DNA of 64,000 nt. It comes from an uncultured Actinomycetes bacterium. GTDB taxonomy: Bacteria; Actinomycetota; Acidimicrobiia; IMCC26256; PALSA-610. Below, piece after piece: positions 59,101 to 64,000 of the stretch (position 1 is the stretch's first letter; each line of letters opens with the position of its first letter). The notes below the pieces were generated by a model that was not told the origin of the DNA, searched no databases, and saw only the letters and a program-made list of their open reading frames with translations. The DNA lies in NCBI GenBank assembly GCA_963761055.1, contig CAVXFO010000008.1, forward strand, positions 68,754 to 132,753, given 5' to 3'. The translations under genes were made by a program, and so were the position numbers.

Positions 59101-59318
59101 ACGACCGGCGCAAGGCGAACGGCTTCGCGCTCGCCGATCGGATAACCGTCGTGTTGCGCTCGACGACGCGCATCGCCGATGCCGCCCGGATGCACGCGGA
59201 TTGGATCACCGCCGAGGTCCTCGCCACCCGCTTCGACGTCGCCGAGGAAACGCTCGAAGGCGCCCCGGACGCGATGATCGACGGCGAACCACTCTGGCTC
59301 GACCTCGTGCGCGCCTGA
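56166..59318 (+). CDS. ileS: Isoleucine--tRNA ligase (long actinobacterial/type 2 form)
   Basis: From the ATG at 56166 (MFRPVD...), intact over 1050 codons. Motifs: PPTANGRPGIHHV (HIGH), WTTTPWTLPSN, KMSKSRGN. Confidence 0.93.
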   Translation: MFRPVDPSLDLVALEEAMLERWRDEDVFGESLRQRQDGPEWVFYEGPPTANGRPGIHHVWARLFKDLYPRFHTMRGKHVARKGGWDCHGLPVEVEVEKELGFTAKFEIEDYGIERFNAKCRASVQRYVEDWQSLTSRIGMWIDTAGAYWTLSNEYIESVWWLFRQIWDAGAIYEGFKVVPYCGRCGTALSSHELGQPGAYRDVTEPSVYVRFPLVARDPDAVDPNLTDADLLVWTTTPWTLPSNVGAAVGIAIDYVRVRAPEGGRDLVMARARVADVLGADAEIVSEVPAPSLVGARYEPPFSMLTVDGDRAFTVVADDFVTVDDGSGIVHLAPAFGEIDREIGEREGLPIVNPVNDAARFEPSVGEQYAGRFVKDADPDLIDDLTGRGRIVRVVDYTHSYPHCWRCDTPLIYWAKPTWFARTSAYKSELIAQNETINWHPEHIKHGRFGDWLENNVDWALSRDRYWGTPIPVWRCHECRRDVCIGSVDELAKLSGRDLADTDLHRPYVDDITFACDHCDDGTMYRIEPVLDAWFDSGSMPAAQFHYPFEHSDDFASRFPADFICEAIDQTRGWFYSLLAVNTLAFGTTPYRNVVCLAHIIDKDGAKMSKSRGNVIDPVPVLAERGADALRWYMLSSGSPWTPKRVYVEGIDEATRQFLLTLWNIYSFFVTYANIDGWSADVAVETDPAPVHVLDRWITSRVHRTVRTATDALEQFDSVTATQVLAELVDDLSNWYVRRSRPRFWKSSDPVAHATLHRALQTLSQLLAPFCPFVADEMFRNLAGTDESVHLSDWPVYDERAIDDALEIEMTLARMLVSLGRAARADAKLGVRQPLPRAIALLTSGERLRDDVAQEIKDELNVKQLEVVESLEGLLSYRVVPNFKALGPRLGKRVPLVKTLLAQVDGGEVRRAFDETGSFTIDVDGEPVTLDPTDVEIRAEQHEDLTLAQDGPHAVALDLTLDDDLRSEGLAREIIRAVNDRRKANGFALADRITVVLRSTTRIADAARMHADWITAEVLATRFDVAEETLEGAPDAMIDGEPLWLDLVRA

Positions 59319-59327
59319 GCGAACCAG

Positions 59328-59416
59328 CAAGACAAACCTTGCCAACACAAGACAAACGTTGCCAACAGTTGTCGGACTTTTCCGCACCTGGTGCCGACAT
59401 CTCCGACAACTGTTGG
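59328..59416. repeat. 20-bp tandem duplication followed by a palindromic element (CCAACAGTTGTCGGA family) between convergent ileS and divIVA; possible bidirectional terminator
   Basis: CAAGACAAAC(C/G)TTGCCAACA occurs twice (59328-59367). There is a perfect 15-bp inverted repeat, CCAACAGTTGTCGGA (59362-59376) with TCCGACAACTGTTGG (59402-59416), with further partial pairing inside (GCAC/GTGC). Confidence 0.85.
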
Positions 59417-59435
59417 TGAAGTTGTCCCGCGGAGG

Positions 59436-60530
59436 TCAGCGGCGGCGGCGGAAGACGTCGCGGAATGATCCGCGCTCGGCGTCCTGGTCGAAGAACACGT
59501 TCTCGCCGGTGACGTCGTCGTCGTCGTCGCGAGGACCGAGCGGCTTCTCGTCGTGGACGGCGTCTCGCAACGTCGCGAAGAACGCATCGTCGTCGAGGAT
59601 GTTCGCGTCGACAGGGCGATCCCCGCCGAGGTCGATCTGCTCGGCAGCGGGCGGCGGCTCGGCGGGTGCGGACGGCGCGGGAGCAGGCGCGGCCTCCGAG
59701 CGACTCGGCTCGGCTCGATCGGAGTCGTCGTCGTGCGGGGCTTGCTCGCGGGCGGGAAGATCGAGCAGGGGCCGGCCCGACTCGGCGTCACGCTCGCGCG
59801 ACTGTTCGAAGAGCGTGCGGACGTCGACTTCGCTCGTCGCCGCGCCGGCGTTTCCGCGCGGCTCGGGCGCGTCGGCTTCGGGAGCGAGTGCACCTTCGAC
59901 GCGGTGCGGTGCCTCACTCGGAGACGGAACCGCCGGTCCGGACGCTGCGGGCGCGGGCGCGGCCGTGGTCGCGGCGGGCATCTCCACGTCGCTCGGCTCG
60001 GGCTTCGACGCCGGCGCGGTCGTGGGTCGGGTCTTCAGCGTCGACAGGTCGGTCTCGAGCGCGCGCACCATGCGCTCGCGGTACTCGGCCTCGAAGCGCG
60101 TCAGCGCCTCGACGTCGGCGAGCAAGGTGTCGCGCCGTCCCGCCAGCTCCACTATCTCCTGCTCGAGCCGTCGCCGCTCGGCCTCGCCCTTGCGGCGCGC
60201 CTCGGCCTCGGCTTCGGCCACGAGGCGGCGCGACGACATCTCGGCCTCGTCGAGCATCTGCCGCGACTTCGCGGTCGCCTCGGCGACGGCCTCGTCGGCG
60301 GCGCGCTGGGCCAGCAACAGCGTGCGGTGGAGGATGTCCTCCGTCTCCCGGGTCCGCGTCGCTTCGCTCTGGGCCGACGCGAGCCGGTCCTGCAGCTGCG
60401 TGGCCCTTTCGTTGGCCGCTTCGATCGAGGCGGCCGCCCGCTCGAGGAGGTCGTTCACCTCGTCGCGGCTGTAGCCGCGCATCTCGGAGTGGATCTCGGT
60501 GTCGCGGAGCTCTCGCGGTGTGATCTCCAT
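59436..60530 (-). CDS. divIVA: DivIVA domain protein (Wag31-like) with a long acidic/Pro-Ala-rich C-terminal extension
   Basis: MEITPRELRDTEIHSEMRGYSRDEVNDLLERAA... is the canonical DivIVA N-terminus, followed by a coiled coil. Confidence 0.85.
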   Translation of the reverse strand: MEITPRELRDTEIHSEMRGYSRDEVNDLLERAAASIEAANERATQLQDRLASAQSEATRTRETEDILHRTLLLAQRAADEAVAEATAKSRQMLDEAEMSSRRLVAEAEAEARRKGEAERRRLEQEIVELAGRRDTLLADVEALTRFEAEYRERMVRALETDLSTLKTRPTTAPASKPEPSDVEMPAATTAAPAPAASGPAVPSPSEAPHRVEGALAPEADAPEPRGNAGAATSEVDVRTLFEQSRERDAESGRPLLDLPAREQAPHDDDSDRAEPSRSEAAPAPAPSAPAEPPPAAEQIDLGGDRPVDANILDDDAFFATLRDAVHDEKPLGPRDDDDDVTGENVFFDQDAERGSFRDVFRRRR

Positions 60531-60607
60531 ATCAGGTCATCGTAGACCCCGGACCCGCGACACGCGAGTACCCGTTTTCGGCAGTTCCGCGGCCGGCCGA
60601 CGCCCCG

Positions 60608-60865
60608 TCAGAAGAGTCCGCCGCCGCAGATGATCCCGTGCACGATCTCGAATCCGATGAACACCACGAGGAACGAGATGTCGAACATGCCCGCGGGCGG
60701 AATGACGCTCCGCACCGGCGCGAGCACGGGCTCGGTGAGTTGCATCAGGACGTGCAGAAAGCTCGCCGCACCCGTTCCCGGTCGGATCGGAAACCACGAC
60801 ATCACCGCCCGCGCCAACAGGACGAGTATGTACACCTGGATGATCGGACAGAGAACCTGTATCAC
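60608..60865 (-). CDS. yggT: YggT family membrane protein
   Basis: 85 aa, with ILVLLARAVMSWFP...LTEPVLAPVRSVIP...DISFLVVF. Confidence 0.8.
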   Translation of the reverse strand: MIQVLCPIIQVYILVLLARAVMSWFPIRPGTGAASFLHVLMQLTEPVLAPVRSVIPPAGMFDISFLVVFIGFEIVHGIICGGGLF

Positions 60866-61428
60866 GGGCGCGCGGTGCGATACAGACCGCGAGCCTGCAG
60901 ACGCTCCTTCTCCTCTTCGGAGACTTCGACGTTCGACGGGGTCAGCAAGAAGACCTGGTCGGCCGCCTTCGACATGGTGCCGTTGAGCGCGTAGGCGAGA
61001 CCGCTCGCGAAGTCGATGAGGCGACGTTGGAGCTCGCGGTCGACGCCTTGGAGGTTCAAGATGACCGGCTGACCGTTCTTCAGGCGGTCGCCGACTTCCT
61101 GCGCGTCGTTGAAGCCCTTCGGATCCATGACGTGCACGCGCGTCGCCGGCATCGGGATCGGTTTGACCGCCGAGGCGCGGGGCGCGGCCGGCGCCGCGCT
61201 CGGTGCGGACTCTTCGCGTTCGCGCCGGCTGCGGATCACGGTCAGCGGGCTCGACTCTGCCACCGGTGGCGCGGTGACCGTGGAACCGGCCGCGACACGC
61301 GCGGGTTGGCGCGCCGGCGCGGCGATTGGCTCGCCGTACTCGTCTGCGTAGTACTCGTCGTCTTCGCCGTAATACTCGTCGTCGTCAACGAGGCCCAGCC
61401 AGACCATCGCTTTGTGAAAGACCGACAT
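60862..61428 (-). CDS. sepF: Cell division protein SepF
   Basis: MSVFHKAMVWLGLVDDDE...PKGFNDAQEVGDRLKNGQPVILNLQGVDRELQRRLIDFASGLAYALNGTM. Confidence 0.88.
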   Translation of the reverse strand: MSVFHKAMVWLGLVDDDEYYGEDDEYYADEYGEPIAAPARQPARVAAGSTVTAPPVAESSPLTVIRSRREREESAPSAAPAAPRASAVKPIPMPATRVHVMDPKGFNDAQEVGDRLKNGQPVILNLQGVDRELQRRLIDFASGLAYALNGTMSKAADQVFLLTPSNVEVSEEEKERLQARGLYRTARP

Positions 61429-61553
61429 GCGGCGTACCTCTCGTCCGTGCTGACTTCCTGGGGTTGCGAGAACGTCACCTTCGACGCCTCACCGGCGCGC
61501 TCACATGCCTGCTACATGACCAGCGAGGCACCGCCACTCCGCGTTGCGTCAGG

Positions 61554-62237
61554 CTATCGTCGCGCGTCCGGGCGTTCCGGCCGCGGACCGAAGATCGCGC
61601 TACCCACTCGCACCATCGTCGCCCCCTCGGCTATGGCGATCTCGAAGTCGCCGCTCATCCCCATCGAGCACTCCCGAAGCCCCAGGTCGTCGCTCAACTC
61701 TCGGAGCCGGGCGAAGGCGGGACGGGGGTCGCCGACGGCCTCCGGAACCGTCATCAGCCCGGCGACCCGGCACCCGTAGCTCGTGCACGCGTCGACGAGC
61801 GCCCGCACTGTGGTCGGCGGGCAACCGCCCTTTTGCGGCTCACCCGTCACGTTCACTTGTACCAGCACCGCCGCGCCGGGCACGCGCCTGCCGATCTCGG
61901 CTGCGACCTCTGAACGGTCGACCGACTCCCACAGCGCGACGACCGGCGCCACGAGCCGCACCTTGTTGCGTTGCAGCCGCCCGATGAAGTGCCAGCGCAG
62001 AGGCGCTCCGACCGAAGCGGCATCGTCGCCCGCGAGCGCCTCGGCCCTGCGCGCGAGATCCTGAGCCCGGTTCTCGCCGAGATCGACTGCGCCGAGAGCG
62101 ACGGCGGCGCGCACGTCGTCGAGGTCGACCTCCTTGGTCACGACGACGAGGGTCACCGAATCCGCGTCGCGACCAGCGGCAACGCTCGCGGACGCCACCC
62201 GCCCGCGCACCTCGGCGAGTCGTTCGGCGACGCTCAT
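61554..62237 (-). CDS. yggS: YggS/YlmE family pyridoxal-phosphate homeostasis protein
   Basis: LVVVTKEV, GENRAQ, WHFIGRLQRNK, and MGMSGDFEIAIAEGATMVRVGSAIFG. Confidence 0.88.
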   Translation of the reverse strand: MSVAERLAEVRGRVASASVAAGRDADSVTLVVVTKEVDLDDVRAAVALGAVDLGENRAQDLARRAEALAGDDAASVGAPLRWHFIGRLQRNKVRLVAPVVALWESVDRSEVAAEIGRRVPGAAVLVQVNVTGEPQKGGCPPTTVRALVDACTSYGCRVAGLMTVPEAVGDPRPAFARLRELSDDLGLRECSMGMSGDFEIAIAEGATMVRVGSAIFGPRPERPDARR

Positions 62238-62247
62238 CGTTTGCTAC

Positions 62248-63003
62248 TCACGCAAGGACCGCGATCGTCGCCTGCCGTCCGGCCTCGTGCGCGCGCCGGT
62301 ACGAGAAGTACGGATAGGAGGAGTCGCCGTCAGGATCGGCGGTAGACACGCCCGAGTCCTCGAAATCCGTAACCCCTTCGCGAGCGAGCACGACGCGGAT
62401 CGCGGCGGGGATGTCGAGCGCGGGCTTGCCGGCTCGGGTGCGCCCCTCGACCTCAGGACCGAACTGCGCGACGAACCGGGCCAGGTCGGCGGCGCCGAAC
62501 TCGTAACTCGCGGCGCGGATGCACGGACCGAGGAACGCGCGCACCGGTCCGTCGCCCCGCGCGCGCACGCTCGCGAGCGTCCCTTCGATCACGCCGGCGG
62601 CGAGACCCCGGTGACCGGCGTGCACAACCCCGACCGCGTCGTCGTTCGCCACGACGAGCGGCGCGCAGTCGGCGGTGACGACCGCGAGCGCGGCGCCGGG
62701 AACAGTCGTCACGGCCGCGTCGGCCTCGGGTGGCGTACCCGGAGCCGAACCTCCCGGAATCACATAGACGTCGGCGCCATGCACCTGGTGCAGCCACGTC
62801 CAGCGGGTCGAGTCTCCGAGGCCCACCGCGAGCCGCAGCGCCGCCCGATTGCGCTCGACCGCGACGGGGTCGTCGCCGACGTGGTCGCCGAGGTTCCCCT
62901 GGGCGCGCCCGGTGCACCAGACGCGCGCGTTGCCGACACGCGTCTCCAACAGCGGGCGGGGGACGGTTCGCCGGGGGACGCGGTCCGGCGCCCGAGAGGT
63001 CAC
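62248..63003 (-). CDS. pgeF: Peptidoglycan editing factor PgeF (YfiH / laccase-domain protein)
   Basis: [29 protein letters not shown], and YSYRR-like FSYRR. GTGA overlap with the ftsZ stop. Confidence 0.85.
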   Translation of the reverse strand: MTSRAPDRVPRRTVPRPLLETRVGNARVWCTGRAQGNLGDHVGDDPVAVERNRAALRLAVGLGDSTRWTWLHQVHGADVYVIPGGSAPGTPPEADAAVTTVPGAALAVVTADCAPLVVANDDAVGVVHAGHRGLAAGVIEGTLASVRARGDGPVRAFLGPCIRAASYEFGAADLARFVAQFGPEVEGRTRAGKPALDIPAAIRVVLAREGVTDFEDSGVSTADPDGDSSYPYFSYRRAHEAGRQATIAVLA

Positions 63004-64000
63004 CGGAGGAATTCGGGGACGTCGAAGTCGTCGTCGCCGAGGTCGAGCGCTTCTGCGCCGGCGAGCGAATCCTCGTCGTCGAGCTCCAGCGAGTACGCGG
63101 ATTTGCGCACCCCGCCGGCCTCACCTTCGTACCGGTCGAAACCGGCGGCGATGACGGTGAGGCGAACCTCATCGCCGAGCGCGTCGTCGATCACAGCTCC
63201 GAAGATGATGTTCGCGTCCGGGTGCGCGGCCTGACCGATGATCTCGGCGGCTTCGTTGAGCTCGAACAACCCGAGGTCCGATGGTCCGCTGACGTTGAGC
63301 AGGATCCCCCGCGCGCCTTCGATGCTCGCTTCGAGCAACGGGCTCGAGATCGCCGCGCGCGCCGCGGTGACCGCGCGGCCGTCGCCCGACGCGTAGCCGA
63401 CGCCCATCAGCGCCGAACCGGCGTTGGTGAGGATCATCTTCACGTCGGCGAAGTCGGTGTTGATGAGACCGGGGGTGGTGATGAGGTCGGTGATCCCTTG
63501 CACACCTTGCAACAACACTTCGTCGGCCATCTTGAACGCGTTCAACATCGACGTGTGCTCGTCGCTCACCTGTAACAAGCGCTCGTTCGGGATGATGATG
63601 ATCGTGTCGACCTTTTCCTTCAGCTTCGCGATCCCCGACTCGGCCTGCACCGAACGGCGGCGACCTTCGAACCCGAACGGACGGGTCACGACACCGATCG
63701 TCAGCGCACCAATCTGCTTTGCGATCTCTGCGACGACAGGAGCGCCACCTGTTCCCGTACCACCGCCCTTGCCCGCGGTGATGAAGACCATGTCGGCACC
63801 CTTCAGCACCTCTTCGATCTCCTGGCTGTGTTCTTCGGCGGCCTGCTGACCGACCTCGGGATCGGAGCCCGCGCCGAGCCCGCGCGTGAGCGTTCGGCCG
63901 ATGTCGAGCTTGACGTCGGCGTCGGAGAGCAACAGCGACTGGGCGTCGGTGTTGATCGCGATGAACTCGACACCCTTCAGGCCCGCGTCGATCATGCGGT
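63000..64000 (-). CDS. ftsZ: Cell division GTPase FtsZ, C-terminal ~333 codons (N-terminus beyond the right edge)
   Basis: The frame is open to the window edge (..[20 protein letters not shown]). Motifs: [30 protein letters not shown] (tubulin signature), and the C-terminal [11 protein letters not shown]. Confidence 0.93.
   Translation of the reverse strand, partial: RMIDAGLKGVEFIAINTDAQSLLLSDADVKLDIGRTLTRGLGAGSDPEVGQQAAEEHSQEIEEVLKGADMVFITAGKGGGTGTGGAPVVAEIAKQIGALTIGVVTRPFGFEGRRRSVQAESGIAKLKEKVDTIIIIPNERLLQVSDEHTSMLNAFKMADEVLLQGVQGITDLITTPGLINTDFADVKMILTNAGSALMGVGYASGDGRAVTAARAAISSPLLEASIEGARGILLNVSGPSDLGLFELNEAAEIIGQAAHPDANIIFGAVIDDALGDEVRLTVIAAGFDRYEGEAGGVRKSAYSLELDDEDSLAGAEALDLGDDDFDVPEFLR

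Noticed and set aside
1-64000. tRNA, rRNA, transposase, integrase, prophage or CRISPR-cas content.
   Set aside because: I scanned the intergenic regions, all of which are 200 bp or shorter. I found no tRNA-like T-arm or acceptor patterns and no recognisable mobile-element enzymes. This is an eye scan only. tRNAscan-SE, Infernal and ISfinder searches would be decisive.

Overview
This is a high-GC actinobacterial chromosomal core segment. Third codon positions are almost all G/C, and the gene content includes mycothiol (mshC), phosphatidylinositol-mannoside, F420-type and dcw-cluster genes. I recognise about 60 protein genes, and all but three are on the minus strand.

Gene order, read 5'->3' on the minus strand from right to left:
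- ftsZ (partial), pgeF, yggS, sepF, yggT, divIVA
- ileS (+ strand)
- L,D-transpeptidase, DUF167, DksA/TraR-like, lspA, rluD
- rrf2 (+ strand)
- a disrupted phosphodiesterase-like gene, dnaE, an F420/NADP reductase-like gene, mshC, thrS, HIT, a membrane protein
- an EF-G-like paralogue (+ strand)
- pgsA, PIM acyltransferase, pimA, lemA, htpX, DUF3048 lipoprotein, pdxS, pdxT, yebC, bcp
- coxS-like, coxM-like, mocA-like, coxG-like
- ruvC, ruvA, ruvB, crotonase, yajC, secD, secF, apt, relA
- three type IV minor-pilin-like genes
- hisS, aspS, an AbiEi/DUF559-like gene, rarA, DUF948, a small membrane protein, alaS, ruvX, mltG, aroE, DUF4388, pilB, pilT (partial)

I saw no rRNA, tRNA, CRISPR array, transposase or integrase by eye.

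Main observations:
1. About 19 frame disruptions sit inside conserved genes, several of them essential. They are clustered and mostly of the +1/-2 length class. The supplied ORF track therefore splits or falsely fuses many genes. This is most likely consensus error, but it needs read-level checking.
2. Two short palindromic intergenic element families occur, each accompanied by exact 12-20 bp tandem micro-duplications. One family flanks the AbiEi/DUF559-like gene in inverted orientation.
3. A G-tract-rich 15-bp tandem repeat lies directly upstream of thrS.
4. A minor-pilin operon sits between relA and hisS. In addition, pilT has an extra T2SSE_N-like domain.
5. A coxS-coxM-mocA-coxG group has no catalytic large subunit nearby.
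6. A DksA/TraR zinc-finger protein has a roughly 190-residue Lys/Ala/Thr/Ser-rich N-terminal tail.

I did not find a convincing complete novel multi-gene system. The items above are leads, not demonstrations.
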